Positions 1 through 14,100 of a stretch of 64,000 bases of DNA are shown here, piece after piece; position 1 is the stretch's first letter, and each line of letters opens with the position of its first letter. The position numbers were made by a program, and so were the translations under genes. Origin of the DNA: Camelus dromedarius (Eukaryota). The notes below the pieces were generated by a model that was not told the origin of the DNA, ran no database searches, and saw only the letters and a program-made list of their open reading frames with translations. The stretch lies in the NCBI RefSeq assembly GCF_036321535.1, contig NC_087437.1:38938001-39002000 (forward strand), written 5' to 3'.

Positions 1-337
1 TCTTTCTGCCTAGAATGCTTTTCCCCAAGATGGAGACACACACTGTTCACTTCCTCACCTTGTTCAGGTCTTTGCTCGAATGTCACTTCCTCAGTAAAGC
101 TTCCAGCTTCCCCAGAACTTAACCCTCCTCCTCCTCCCTTCCTTATTCCATGTTTTCCATAGCACTTAGAACAATCCATAAACTGTGTATTTTGCTTATC
201 TTGTTTATTGTCCATTTCCTGTTGTAGGATGTAAGCTTCATGAGGGCAGGGCATTCTGTCTGTTTTGTTCACTGCTGTATCCCCAGCACTTGGAAAAGTA
301 CCCAGCATGCAGTAGTTGCTAACAAATACTTGTTTAA
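1..337 (+). mobile_element. LINE L2 3' end (L2a-like)
   Basis: Typical L2 3' motifs: gcctagaatgct, tgtaagcttcatgagggcaggg, ttcactgctgtatccccagcac, aaatacttgtt. Confidence 0.8.
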
Positions 338-3090
338 CAAAAACAAAAAATTAATACTGTCATATTAATAGTCATCATATTGCTGTATTGCTTTGTGAAG
401 TATCCATTTCTTTTGGAAATAGCTGTTCTGTCCCTGTTCAAGTGTTGATGACATACTCATCCCTAAACAGTGGGGCATCACCCCTAACATGAGCCTCTAG
501 AACACAAAGATGAGGAAGAAGCAGGTGCTGTGCACAGGGGGCTCAGAGTTGAAGAAGGAGGGAGGTAGTTACAGGAGCTGGTACAGTAGAGGCAAGCTCC
601 GGTGGCTTTTGGGGAAAGGTACACATGTTTAGCCAGAGTCTGGGATATGCCAGGCACCTTGCTAAGTCCCTCACCATTAGTCTCCTGGTTTTCTGATGGT
701 GAAACTCAGCTTCAGGGAGGTGACATAAATTTTCTAAGGTAATACAACCTGCAGGTTAGAAGTTAAGACTGGCTCTGTCTAGTCTTTTTTCCCCCTAAAA
801 TCATTCTCTCTTAATGTTTTAAAACTCCCCAAGTTGTGGTGCCCCGAACAGTAAGTCGTGACGTCGGTCTGCTCGGAGAACATGACGGGCTGAGACGGAA
901 GGAAACTGTCCCTCTTTAGCTTCGCAAAAGCATCTCAATATGGAACTTAGCTGTTCATTTTTCTCCTGATTTACATTTATAGGCAGTTTAAAAACAAGCA
1001 AAACGAACTACGGTATTTTGGGACACATAACAGGCTGATCAAACTTTAAAGATACGCAAGGAAGTAATTACCATAGAGTCAGGTGGGATCGCTGTTGCTC
1101 TAGGGGGAAGAGGAGGGAGTGTGGAAGGGAACTGGGGGTGGTTCTGGGGTGATGTCAGTGGCCTGGGTGGTGAGTACACAGGTTTGGTTTATGAGGATTT
1201 GATCGGCTGTGCACGTACTTTGCCCTTACTTTTCTCTGTGTCATTGTTCATCACAAAATAACATACCATTTCATACTTCACCATTTTGTCTTTAAGAAGA
1301 AATGAAGTGAGGGAGGACTGCAGGTGTGAGGTCTGACTGTATGAGAAAAGGCAGCACTGAAACTCTGAGGTCAAAATTTAAAACCTGTGAAGAGAGAGAG
1401 CAAAAAGTCTCCTCTGTCTAGTCCTAGATCCCAGGCTACAGCAGATACGCCACTTTGCTTCCTTGTGGGGAGGAGTGTTTAACTCTGTACACATGCCTGT
1501 TGCTTCTTTCCTGGTAGCCCTAGATGCAGGAGGCAATGTGTGCTTTTAAGACACTTAAGCTTAAAGGCCTTTGGCCTTTAGGAGGGAAGGAGATTTTTGA
1601 ATTCACATAATTATTTCTAATGATTAAATGTTCTGAAATAGTGTCACCAGACCATCATAACTGAGGACATTCATTAGGGACTCACTCTTTAAGGGTGTTC
1701 TTTGTGAAGTCTCTGAGACCTCTAGGCAAAGTTCAGATGCTTTGTTTTCTATGCACCCATAGTACCCACTTGCATATTTAGTCTTTATCAGGTTTTTGGG
1801 TAAATGCATGTTTGTTTAAATATCTTCTTCATCAGATGGTGGAATGCCTTAAAGGTGGAGTTTTTATCTTATCTCTCTGAGCCTATTGCCTTTGAAAATG
1901 TTTGAGGAAAACAAATCCATAGAAAGAATCCACAATTCAACCTATAAATCCATACAGAGCATCCATTGCATGGATAAAACTGGTGTCTCTCAATCTCCAT
2001 CTAATACAGCAGGAATTGGGGACAAAGGGAAATTTTGTGCTATTTGTGAACCATCCATGCAGAGCTGGGCAGTGACAAGACGTAGGAAACATTGATTTCT
2101 AAAGTGCAAATAAATGGTAATGACATCCGGAGAAAATCAAAGAAACAAGGTTCATAAATAAAATTCAGGCATTACTTTATAATTGACTATGTGCTTTCAC
2201 CAGGATTGTTAATTATCACAGAATTCGGTGAGATGGGTATAATCCCATTTTACAGACAAGAAATCTTCAGAGAGTTTAGGATAACTGTGAACTTGACCAG
2301 ATCACACAGATAAATGGCAGAGTCTACATGGAAACTTCAGATTCCAAATCCTGGGCATCTTCCACGCTACCATGTTCTTTCCAAAATAGGAGACTTTGGT
2401 GTCAATAAGAATCTGTAGGACACTGAATCTTTATTCATGGTATCTGCAAAAATGAGTTATGTATTGTTTAGCTCACATTTTTTTCTATTCCAAAATGCTT
2501 TCATATATGGTTTAATATGACTCAGTGCATGTTAATCACCTTTTATAGTCTGTTCTTCTTTCGTCTGTAACATGGGATTATCCATCTCTGCCTCACTGAG
2601 TAACCTGAAGTGCTTTGAAATAGGTCATTTTTGCAGAATCCAGATGGATACAACTGTTTTATAAATTTGGAAATTGGCTGTATGTTCTTTTTTTGATTTG
2701 TCTTGCATATTATGACCTTTCAAAGGTTTGTGGTTAATCCTAGAGTAACACCCTCCCAATGTTACTTGCCTAAGAAGCTATTAGTATGAGATTTATATAT
2801 GATGGGAGGTAGATGTAATCTTTAAATCTAAATACTAGTAATGCGAAGTAGCAGATATTAGTATAGAAGTGACAGCTTCCTTAAAGATATCAAGTGAACT
2901 TTCTACTTAAAGTTAATACAGCAGGCCTGCAGGGGCAGTAAAGAATAGATGGGAAGTCATGTTTCACACCTGCATACTCAAACCATCCCAGGTCTGAGTT
3001 CCCTCCAGCGTTATCAATTACATTATAGTTCTTATTTTTCTTTGCACTTCAACCAAGTTTCCAGACAACTTGAAGTAGTTAGATGATCAA

Positions 3091-3161
3091 GTATATATAC
3101 CATATATATATGTGTGTGTATATATATACACACACACACACATATATACTGTGTGTATGTA
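3091..3161. repeat. Compound (TA)n/(TG)n/(CA)n microsatellite
   Basis: Directly visible alternating purine-pyrimidine tract. Confidence 0.9.
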
Positions 3162-3604
3162 TCGATTGATTGCATTTATCACAAGCCACAATGGGAAAAC
3201 TTGTCATAAATATCTCAATTAAATAATATACAAGCTCAATATACATCTCATGGTTGAAGTTTGGCTGAATACCCTGAGCTGCAATTTTTCACTTCATATT
3301 GATTGGATAGCCTCGTGATTGCAGAGAGGCTGAAAGCAGCTCTCTAGAGAAACTCCATCCGTACTGTGTATGTGCAAGTATGTTTATCTGTGAAGCTAGG
3401 GTGAGAGTGCTGGAGAAGTTCATGAATTAACTATTGATCTGAAATCTGGAACTCACTTGAGATAATTTTTGGAGAACATAGGAGCCTCTGTGAGATGACA
3501 AAATGACATAAGTTGAAATGTTCGTTACAGATCATGATAATTAGTAATACTGGTTAATCATATACTCTGTAGGTTACTAAGGGCAGAACTAGATTTCTAA
3601 TTCC

Positions 3605-3678
3605 TTTCTTTTTTTTTAAATTAAAGTATAGTCAGTTACAATGTGTCAATTTCCTGGTGTATAGTATAATGTCCCAGT

Positions 3679-3714
<36 letters not shown>

Positions 3715-3781
3715 TATATATATATATTCATTTTCATAATCTTTTTCATTCAAGGTTATTACAAGATACTGAGTATAGTTC
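3605..3781 (-). mobile_element. Young L1 3' end, camelid-like, with internal (TA)n expansion at about 3683-3727
   Basis: Poly-T followed by aagtatagtcagttacaatgtgtcaatttcctggtgtatagtataatgtcccagtcat...ggttattacaagatactgagtatagttc, the reverse of a cetartiodactyl L1 3' UTR. Confidence 0.75.
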
Positions 3782-4502
3782 TACCTCCTTTTCTTGTTGT
3801 TTAAAGAGCAACATTTATACCCTTTGTTGGCTCAGTACTCTTTCATAAGGAAGTGCTTCTCATCTCACAGAATAAGCTAAAATGTGGGGAAACAGCATCA
3901 GCATGAAGATGTTCATAACTGCCTAGTTTATAAAAAGGAGAAACTGAAAGCAGGACGTCCTATAGGACGTGATGCATCCACTTGACAGAATTTGGGAGGC
4001 ATTGAGAGTTACGTTTATGAGGTCTTAGCAACATGGAAACTGCTTTGATATGATGCTAGGTAAAAAATTGTTTCATGTAGGTAAAATTGTAGATAACTTA
4101 CTATTGTATTTTTCACAAATATGTATATGAAGATAGATTTATGGAAAGTAGTAGTCACTTGACTACTCTCGTTAACAACATTTTGCAGATCAGTACAGTT
4201 AAATAACTTGTCAAGTTTACACAGCTACTCAGTGATAGAGGCTGGACCTAATCCCAGGATTGTCTGCCTCCCAAGACCATACCTTAATGTTATAGTAAAC
4301 TTGTAATATTGCTTCTTGAACATTTAAAATATACACATCTATTATAAGGAAGATTAATGAGAAATCCAGAATGGTGCCATAGAAGTGTTTTTCTTTGACG
4401 TCATTTGTTCAACTTTAATTTTCTTTCCACCTTCATTTTCCCCTATACCTCTTCATTCATTCTCCCCTTTCCTTTCCTATTCTTTCTCCTTCCTCATACT
4501 TT

Positions 4503-5017
4503 TGTAGAAGAGGAAAAAGTTTTTCTCAACTCTCTTAGGATCCTTGGCTGGGTCTAAAAATTAGATCAACAAAGATTTACAGGAGTAAAGCATACACATT
4601 TATTTATCAGTTTTACGTGATACTGGATCCTTCATAAGGAAATGAAGACCCAAAGAAGTGTATACCTGAGTGTTTTTATGCTCAGTTTGGTGAAGAGTAC
4701 ACAGTTGTGGAAAGATATGATAGGATAAAGAGTAAGAGGTAAGTGTAGGGAACTGTGGAAACTTAGTGATGCTGATTCCTTCAGATTCTTCTTGGATTCT
4801 CTCCAACTCAGCACATTGGCGTCTTGGATGCTCCTTCCCTCTGGCTTTGGGGAGGGTGCCTCTCAGGGGAGGGTTATCTGCTGGGGAGAGAAGGGAAAGT
4901 GGAGAGTAAGGTCAGAGAGCTGTTCTTGCTTCTGCTGTTTTCTCAAAATCCCTCAGTTTTCAATATTCAATATGTTAAGATGCTGTATTTTTGGGCAGTG
5001 TGTCCTGAACTTCATCA
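4503..5017 (-). mobile_element. ERV1-class solo LTR (MER41-like, laurasiatherian)
   Basis: TG...CA termini; perfect 4-bp target-site duplication CTTT at 4499-4502 and 5018-5021; end sequence resembles the LTR at 26132-26564. Confidence 0.8.
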
Positions 5018-6281
5018 CTTTCAGGTCCCAACCAGCAAGAACCACATTTCTACTAAGACCATGTTTTGGTGGATAACCAAATCACTGTGTCACCCAGTCT
5101 CCCCTCTGTTCCTAACTGATCTTCTTCCAACCTTGGTCATTTCCTCTTGGATAACTCGTACCTATCTTAGTTTATTTCTTTTTGGTTGAGACCACTGGAA
5201 GTGGCCAAGGAAATTTCCAGACCCTCTTTGGGGGTGACACTCATTTAGTCTCATATATTTTAAATCTGAGCAATTGGAAATTTCTACTCCTGTTCTTTAG
5301 TTCTCATTTTAGGAGCTGCCTTTCTTGGAGGTAATGACTGTGTGGAGTAAATGTTAACTGTTTCTAGAGAATTTATACTGATTTGGCCCTTTAAAAGTTT
5401 TAAGCAGAAAACTGTTTTCCCTGACCTCCCAGGGGGTAGTGGGTAGAGGTTGAAGATGTTTGTGTTTATCTCGTGTTTTTAATTAACATGTTTGTTTTTA
5501 GGGTGTCTTTTCTTCTCTGACATTTCTCCCCCTGGACTCAGCAAGTTTTTGAATCGTTGGTTCTCCTGCCATGAGAATATCCTCTGAGAGAGGCCCGAGA
5601 GATGTTAAGAGACCCTGGAGATCTCAAGAGATGTTAATTAGTTGGAGTAAATAAATGGCTTGTTTATTTGTATGCGCATTTTAATGCTGTCCTTTCCTTT
5701 TTTAAATTAAGAAGTAGAGAATGTGCTTGTGCTTAAATGTAGTGTAAAGTTTCCCATATTCCTTTGGGTGTTGGTGCATTTTCCCTGGCTGCAGAAAATA
5801 TGTTCAGAAGAGTTTTATCTCTTGAGAATGTTTCTCCCCCATTTTATTGCCTTTTATTGCCAGTCCTACCCTGGCACAAAAATATCATCTGAATGGTAGT
5901 AATATTTTATAATCCGCCATAGTCACCATACTTACTTATTTTAAAAAATTACACAAGACTAAAGTTGAAGAAACACAGCTTTGGGAATTGTCCATGATTT
6001 GCATAAAACTTTTCATCTAAAAGTGTAAAAATTAGAGTGACTGAGTAAGAAGGAACCTTTAGAATGTCTTCCCCAGTCTTATCTTCAGGCAGCCTCACAC
6101 TTTGGACAGCTCAAGAAAATGAAATGCTGTCCCATTTTGGAAGCCATTAAAATTATTTTCAAAACTTTTCCTGGTATCCATTTTCCAAAGTATAATAAGT
6201 CAAGCTATTGGAACTTTCATATTAATATTTTACTTAATCTCTTGCAGCAGAATTCAAACTTGTTATTTTACATCCTATTCA

Positions 6282-6522
6282 AGAGAAGCAATACGGAATA
6301 GTGGTTAAGAGCATGAATTCCGGCATTAGACCTCCTGGGTTCAAACCGTGTCTTGGCCACTGAGTCCTGTGTGACCCTGGGCAATATACTTTACCTCACT
6401 TGGCTGTGGTATTCTCTTCTCTAAATTTGGGTAATACTACTTATAAGAATTTAGTGAGATATTACATATAAGATACTTATAACAGTGCCTGGTACATAGT
6501 AAGCACTAAATGATTGTTATTA
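6282..6522 (+). mobile_element. MIR SINE, near full length
   Basis: gtggttaagagcatg...ctgggttcaaa...tgtgtgaccctgggcaa...aacagtgcctggtacatagtaagcactaaat. Confidence 0.85.
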
Positions 6523-8639
6523 GATTAGACTTACCATTAAAAGAGGGGAGTGGTTTTCAGACTAGAAAGGGTAGAACAGTAGTTGAAGGGAATGGAATCT
6601 CAAGATGTCAGGAAGATAGTAAGAAAGCCCCAGTATGAGATTTTCAAACTACAGTAATTTCATTTCAGATTATTAACATAATGTGTATAGGTTATAATGG
6701 GACCATTTTTGGTAATCTTCCTGGAAGCTTGGAGATATGTCTGTAGACAGGCAAGAAATAAACGATATTTTCAAAAAGCACCCAATGAAACCTAATGATA
6801 ATGTTGTGGACATGATGGGCTTGATTATAATACTGTTAACTGGATTTGCAGATTTGTACTCATACAATTACAGTGTTAATTAATGGCTCATAAACATTTT
6901 TTGTCCCTTCAGAAATTTGAAGGCATTTACAGTTAGAATACCAATAATGAGAGGAATAAAATGTAAATACAAGTAGAAAATCAGCACTGTAGCGCAGCAG
7001 AACTGAAGCAGGGGACCCACGTTCTAATTATATGTGACCACTGACCTTCAGCTTTAGCTCTGAGGTTCTTGGCAGCCAAGATGACAACAGAGATACGGTC
7101 AGTTGTATCACTGTTATTATCCCAAACTAGAAAGTAGATAGGTTCCTCAGGTGAATTCTCCCTAATGCTGATTTTTAAAAGAGATTTATCACATGGGACC
7201 ATAAATACTGAGCACTGGTTTAATAGGCATTTTTTTCAGTGATATGTTTTGAAGCAAATGCTCCTTTGTAAAATAACCTTAGGAAAAATGTCTAAAGGTT
7301 ATTACTTAAGTGTTAGTTCAGCAAAGGCACTGTTATGAAAGGCTGAGTTAATTTGGTCTATGTATGTGAACTTCATGTGGTTTGACTTGATTCAATGTGT
7401 AGTTTAGAGATTGACTGTATCTGTTTCAACAGTGTTTTCAAGCCACATCTCTTGGCCAGAGTTTGAGAGGAGCCTGATAACATGATCTAGTTCAGAAAGG
7501 GACAGGAGTAGGAATATATTTGGTTAGGAGTTTTAGCAAGACCAATATGCTTTAGAAATCAACTAGGAAGCTAGTTAAGTCAGTCCCCTATGAAGACAAC
7601 CGTAATTTATTTCTACACCAAGTCTTGAAGCTCTGAGTTCAATAGAGGTTCCGGGGCACTTGGCTGGGTGAGGGGGTGAGCGAAGAAAAAGGCTTGAGGG
7701 GTAAGACGAAGCAGTTAGTGTTAGCTTTACTTATTTTTGTACATTGGGTTTCTGCAAAAGACCGTGGAAAACAATAGAAGAAATTATTTTGTTTAAAAAT
7801 TGAGAAAACTACTATCATGTGGCATGGCTGTAGTGATACTGGTCTAGTTACTCATCCTGACAGTAAAAAAATCCAAAATAAACTCTCTTGGATTTTAACG
7901 AGAACTTCTGAAGATCTAGCCAAATGATTCATTGCATAGAGTACCTCCTGGAAGGAGTGTGCAAAAGGGGAAACAAATAAATAAATTCAAATTGTCTTAT
8001 GATGAAAAGTTTCTAAAGATACTAATTTTAATTTTAGAGTAATTAATACTAATCTATAACTTATTAATTTTGACTTTGGCTAGAAAGCAGAACAAGTGAT
8101 GTATTTCTAGATCAACCTAGGATTCTAGGTTCCTAGACCAAACTAGGATAATGAAAATAAAACCATATATCAACATACAGGAGAATAATTACTTTTCCAA
8201 TTTCTAATTTCTAAAATGGAAAATGCCTGTAGTTTATTCGATTATTTACAACAAACAGGACTCTAAAACACAGCAGCCATACTCCACACACCAGTGGAGA
8301 TTACTTGTTTTGCTTTGAAAACCCTCATTCCTCCAATGTAAAAAAAAAAAATGCAAGTTCTGCACAAGTATCAGTAACTGGGTGTCCATACTGATACAAT
8401 GCAGCTTGGGTCACACCTGGTTCCTGTCTTTAGAGTTAAGGATAATTCAAGGTGAATAAAAAGCTATCTTTAATGTGTTCCGAAATGGAAAAATGCAGAT
8501 AAATACAGGTGAGGCCTGTCTATCTCTCAGCCCCTCCTCTGTACTTTATCCTGTCTTTAGACAGAAGACTGGTCGTATATTAGAGTCTTTTACCCTTCTT
8601 CAAACTTTTATATCCCTAGTCCTAGAAGTTCCGTTAGAA

Positions 8640-8752
8640 TAGGGTCACCATTAATTTGTTATGTAAACTGGGACACCTTTGAATATGGAAGTGGTTAATA
8701 AGCAAAAATGGAAGGGACTCTCTCCTGGACAAACTTCATGTATAGTGTCCCC
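8640..8752 (+). mobile_element. hAT-Blackjack non-autonomous DNA transposon (MER94-like)
   Basis: Starts tagggtcaccat-taatt...aaactgggacac and ends with a degenerate inverted terminus. Confidence 0.55.
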
Positions 8753-8849
8753 AAATCTAGATATAAACAGGTGCAGGAATCCTGGTGTGCTAAGGGTTAA
8801 AGAGATGGAGAAATGTTTGATTAAAATTAATAAAACACATTCACTATTT

Positions 8850-9500
8850 ACCAGCTGGAATATGTAAAAATATAAATAAGGAAATATAAGTCACCTGTGA
8901 CCCTGCTCCTTGGAGATTCAGTTGTTAGTATTTGGGTGAGTGACTTTCCACCAGAATCTTCGTGCATTGTAAAGAACATCCGTCATTCTTTATTTTTTAA
9001 AAATCAGAATCCTATTTAACCACTGCTTTGTATATGTTGTTTTTACTTAACTTTAACCATAAGCATTTCCCCAAGTCGAATATTATTTTTATGATACTTT
9101 TTTAAGGGCTGAAAACTATTTTATCTTGTATTTGTACTATAATGTATTAATCTCTCCCTATCATTGGCATTTTGAGTTATTTGTTTTTTTGTAATTATAA
9201 AATATGATGACCTCTTGGTACCTCATCTTCAAGTAGAAATCTCATAACTTCTTGAGAATAAATTCCTGGAGGTTGAATTACTGAGTCAAATTTTTGGGGC
9301 TCTTGATATGTGTACACACATATGTATGTATATACATCATTATATATGTATATGCACACATATATGTATACAAATGTATATATATGCACACATATATGTT
9401 ATATCATGCACATATATGTATACATGTACATATATATAATTTATATTGTCCTTCTGCAAAAATACACCACCTTAAAATATCACCAGCAATGTGTATATTA
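8850..9500 (-). mobile_element. Ancient L1M 3' fragment containing a degenerate TA/TG/CA low-complexity tract (about 9307-9440)
   Basis: aaattcctggaggttgaattactgagtcaaa, caccagcaatgtgtat and similar L1M 3' UTR motifs. Confidence 0.6.
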
Positions 9501-11049
9501 AGTTGCCCCAAATAGTTGACTTTTTCCTTATTTAATGTTTTTAAAACCAGTACCTAAAATGGAAAAAATCCAGTAACTAAAATGGAAAAAAGGTGTGTGT
9601 GTGTGTTGTGTGTCTGTACCCAGGCATCTCATAAATTGCTATGCAGCAAGGAAGTAGAAAATAACTGCTTCATTGAGACCCTCTTTGCTTTAACTTTGGA
9701 GAAATCATGAAATTTTTAATTTTTATCTCAGTGTTTTTTCAAAATGACAAGCAGGATGTCTGCATTTGGTTATGAAAATACAAAAAATGTACGTAAGTTT
9801 CTTACATGTCCAGGTGGATTGAAAAATGGAAGGGAATTTGGCTTCTAAGTAAGTGTTCAGTTAGTGCTTTAGACTTAAGTGCAAATCAGGTGGAGTAAAT
9901 ACCACGGTGGTGTGAATATCAGGGCTTCTCCCTTGAGTGGACATTCCAAACGCGGTCAGTGGGCAGTTTGATGGATGAGAGCAACATTAAGTTGGGGAGT
10001 GATCTCTTTGCTTAATAGCAGAAAGTAAGTCAAGTTATTTTTCAGAAACTTAAGTCTATCAGCTTGGCCTTGTTCTTCATGGAGGAGATGGCTAGACGGT
10101 GACAGGGGCTCATCCTTGATCAATTGTGATCAAGACACAGAAAGCGAATAAAACATAGAGTCCATTCTAATGGATCTCAGGAGCTGTAGGCAGAACTTTG
10201 ACTGCTCCTCAAGGATTTTTGTTTGTCTGCTTTTAAAATTTATGGTTGTTATCCACAAAGTCCCTTCTCACTCTATTCTAAATAATCTGTTGGGAAAAAT
10301 TCCAGCTCTGGCTCGCTTTTCCTTGTTCTTCAAACTGAGGGAAGAGAGTTGAATGATCCATTGTTCCCAAAGGATCCTTATGTAGCCATGCCATGTTCAA
10401 GGAGTTAAGGCAAGAAAACTTCTAGACCTGGTTATAGATCCTCCATTGTACTCTTTGGGGACTTCTCTGAGTGCATCCTCTAACCTTCTCCCCTTGTCAT
10501 GAGGACATTTCCTGAGGCCTGTACAGTGTCCAAGGTTGTCTAGGACAGAATCTCTCGACTCCGGTGAGTGAACTGTCTATCAGGGCTTGGTTGGCATATA
10601 ATATGAGCACACGTATTAATAAGATACTTCCAGTGTGCTGCTAATACATGTAAATCCTCTAAGCTAATAAGCCCTTCTGGATTTCTCCATTTCTCCATTA
10701 AGATCACGCATATCTTGAGGGGAGGTGGCCACACTACCATGTGTGGAGATTGAATTAGCAACCACAGTTCACCAAGCTTAAAGCTGAATCTTTGAATCCT
10801 TCATAGATTTCTAAAACAGGAGCCATCAGCGTAGACAAGATAACTGTGCAGGCAGGACAAAAGAAATAGGACATCATTGGCAGAGATACAATTTGACATT
10901 CTCTTTCTAGCAGATAAAAAATATAAAAGGCAATATTGTCCAAGAGAAAGCCAATATAATATAAAAGACTTTCTTGGGAAATAACTGAACTACCCTCCTG
11001 CCCTGGCTAATTAGACAGAGGAAAATGACTGTGCTCCACATCCACTAAG

Positions 11050-11180
11050 GATAGAAAAGGAGAAGACTTTAAACTGCAAACTACAGTGTGAAAGATTCAG
11101 ACTGGATAGAAGGAATTATATTCTGGTGGGATGGTTAAGCATCGGAAAGGGTTACACAGGAGACACTGCAGGCTTAAAAG
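11050..11180 (+). mobile_element. L3/CR1 LINE fragment
   Basis: aaagattcagactggatagaaggaa...ggttaagcatcggaaagggttac resembles the CR1 3' region. Confidence 0.45.
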
Positions 11181-14100
11181 TGGGGCAGAGGAGTTACAGG
11201 TATGCCTGACCTTTGAATGTATTACAGTAAAAGTTCTTCAGAGAGCACTTGGCAAACATGTGAAAGAAGTAGACACCCCCCGGCTAAAAAGAATTCGTAG
11301 GACTTGTCAGCAAGAGGAACAGCAAAGAATTGCTCCTAGGCTGAAAAAACATTATCTCAGGGACAGCGGAAGAGTGGGGTGCTAATGCACATCAAAATAT
11401 AGAAGAGGCACAGAAGGAACTGTCTAGACAAGCAAAACACACTGTGAAAAAAGGATCAAGACAAAGGAGGAGGAATGAAAATATTAGCTTTCTGTGTTTA
11501 TAGGAAACAGATATGTGCTTGTAGAAATGTTTGGGTTTGGTGGCTGGAAGATATGTAAGAAATGTAAATATCTCTTTATTTTAAACATTTTGAATTACTA
11601 TCTTAGAAGAATAGTAAATAGACTCTTAATTGGCTGAAATATTTGTGTGCCTTCAAAGAGAAGGGTGAAATCACTGGTCTCCTGGAATCAGTTCTTAAAT
11701 CATGATTCCTCTATCATTTTTGTGATTGTTGGTGCTGAGTGTGTGCTGTGAGGTTCTGAGTGCATGTGGGTGTCATTAAACAAATGTTGACTGAGCAGCT
11801 ACCGAGGAAAAAGGCACGGGATACAAAAACATAATGCATCTTTCAAAAGGAGCTTGCGAGCTCCTCAGGGAGATTTGACAGTAGCAGACACCTTAAGGAC
11901 CCCTGAGAGGTGCGTGTCCACAAGAGCTGAGAGCCTACGTGAGGACATACAAGGCTTCCCTGGAGGGCTGGCCCTTGGGCTGGGCCCTGAAGGGGAGATG
12001 GAGTCTTTGACTGATGGAGATGTGTAGGCATAAGGAGGCAGGTGTCCTCAGAGCAGAGAATGGTGGGGGGCAGTATACAGGAGCTGTCTGTGTAATGTGT
12101 GGTGTCTCCTGAGGAGGAAAGAGCACCGTGACCTTGGGGGAAGAGAGGACCAGTTAGGCAGCTATTGAGTTAGTTGAAGCAAAGGAATGATGGCTCATCC
12201 TATGTAAGAGACCTAGGAAATGAACATGATGGAGTCGTGAGGGAGAAGCTGTGAGACAGCTCCGGGCAGGTGAAAGGGGGAAGGCAGAGAGAACCAAAGA
12301 CTGGCTGGTAGAATATTGAGGCCATTGATAAAAACTAGGGAGAAGGAAAGGATGTTGATAAGCAAGTCCTTGGAATCGAAACTTGCTTCTCTTTTGGCTG
12401 CCTCTCTTTTTTTCCCATCCCTCCTTCCATCCCTTGCCTGAAGCCTCTGCTTTGTGCCTGGCTCTGCTCAATGGAAAGTAATGAAGGGAAGTAAAATCAT
12501 GCAAAAGACATCCCCCTGCCTTTTAATTGCTCACCGTCTAGGTTGGGGAATAGCCTCTCTGCATACTGAGGAAGTAAGTAGCACACATTTAAAGATAATA
12601 CAGCTACTGTGTGAGTGCAGAAGAGAAAAATGGTGGGTTGAGGTCTCTGTCCTGCAGAAGCTAAACTTAGAAGCAAATATGCAAAGTGTACTCCATTTTA
12701 GTTTTGCATCAGATAATAAATGAGGTCAGGCTCATCGGTGTTGGTTCCAGTTTGCTGTGAACAGATTTCTCTTTCAGGTATCCTTGAAGATGTTGGTGTG
12801 TCTCCGTGTGTTGTCACCCACATATTTGGAGATCACAGGAATATTAAATAAGTTTATGACAAGCTCTTCCTGCCCTCTTGTTATTTATGGAGATTTCTTT
12901 CCCCTCGGAATTACTTTGCAGATGCTTTATTTTGAAAGCTTTCCTGTATTTCAAAAATATTTGTTGAATGAACGAATAGAGTGACTTTTTAAATTAATTT
13001 AACGCCAACTTTCAAATACAGCCTTCTTAGGTGAAGCCTTCGAATGATTTCAGGGTTGGATTTATCATGGTAATGTCTTAGCAAAGGATTCCAGCTTTGG
13101 ATTTCTCATCGGGCAGCCATGAACTAGAAATCTGAAACACCACACACCTGTTCCCTGTCTTTAAAGGACCTGTGACTTCAGTAGAAGCTATGAGAATTTA
13201 TTTTATTCAAAAATCTTAAAAGAATCCAAAATGGGCTGATTATTTTGCACTCTCCTCTTAACAGCACCCAGGGATAAATACCGGTATCTTTTGTTGCCAT
13301 CTGTTTTCTAGCTTCTAGGTCTGTTTTTATGTCCTGTTTCTATTCTGTTAAAAATCCTACTCTATTTATAAAAAGTACATATAGTTGGCAATATGAGGTT
13401 TTTTGCATCTTCGTGTATTTGATGAGACAAACTATGAGATCGTTTTGGAAGACATTGTGATTTGTGAGATTTGAACATGAAAAACCAGGAGCAAAGGGAA
13501 GAAAAGCAGTCGGGTTATTTGCCAGATGGAAGATACCTCACTGCTCTTTCAAGGCCAGTGAGGGCCACTTGATGGGAAAAGGCTCACTGAATATAATCTT
13601 TTGATAATCACTCAGGGCAATTGCCTACTTCATAACAGGTACCTACTGTCCCTAGAAGGAGAAGATAGTGATTTAGTGTGGGCCACTAAAAGGCATTTTT
13701 TTCCCCCTATTGCTACTCTTTTGGGTCTATGTTCTCTAATTAAAATTGGTGTTTTGGAAAAAGAGAACATGAATTCTGAATACAGTAATAAATTTTATAC
13801 TTGCCTCAGATGGAATTAAAATGACTGCAGACTTGAAATTTCCCTGCCTCTGAAAACTTAATTTGGTATTTTCTGTTACACACCAAGTAGTGATTTGCAG
13901 AGGCACAGACTGTAAGATTAATTGAGGCAGCCATCTCTTCTGGCGCATCTAATCTTACATCTAATTATCTGATCATCTGAATCGCAAATACAGTAGTTAA
14001 AGGGTGTCTGTTTAAAGGGCAGCCGCAAAATGTAAATATTAAAAAGGAGAGCTCTCTGGTTTTCAGGAAGCAGACACGGAGATGTATAATAGCCATTATG

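Noticed and set aside
3955..3970. Perfect 16-bp palindrome ACGTCCTATAGGACGT
   Set aside because: About one is expected by chance in 64 kb, and it appears to lie in an old L1 fragment
9195..9515. Tyr/Ile/His-rich ORFs
   Set aside because: Translation of a TA/CA low-complexity tract
9547..9592. 23-bp tandem duplication
   Set aside because: Two copies with no spacer; ordinary slippage, not an array
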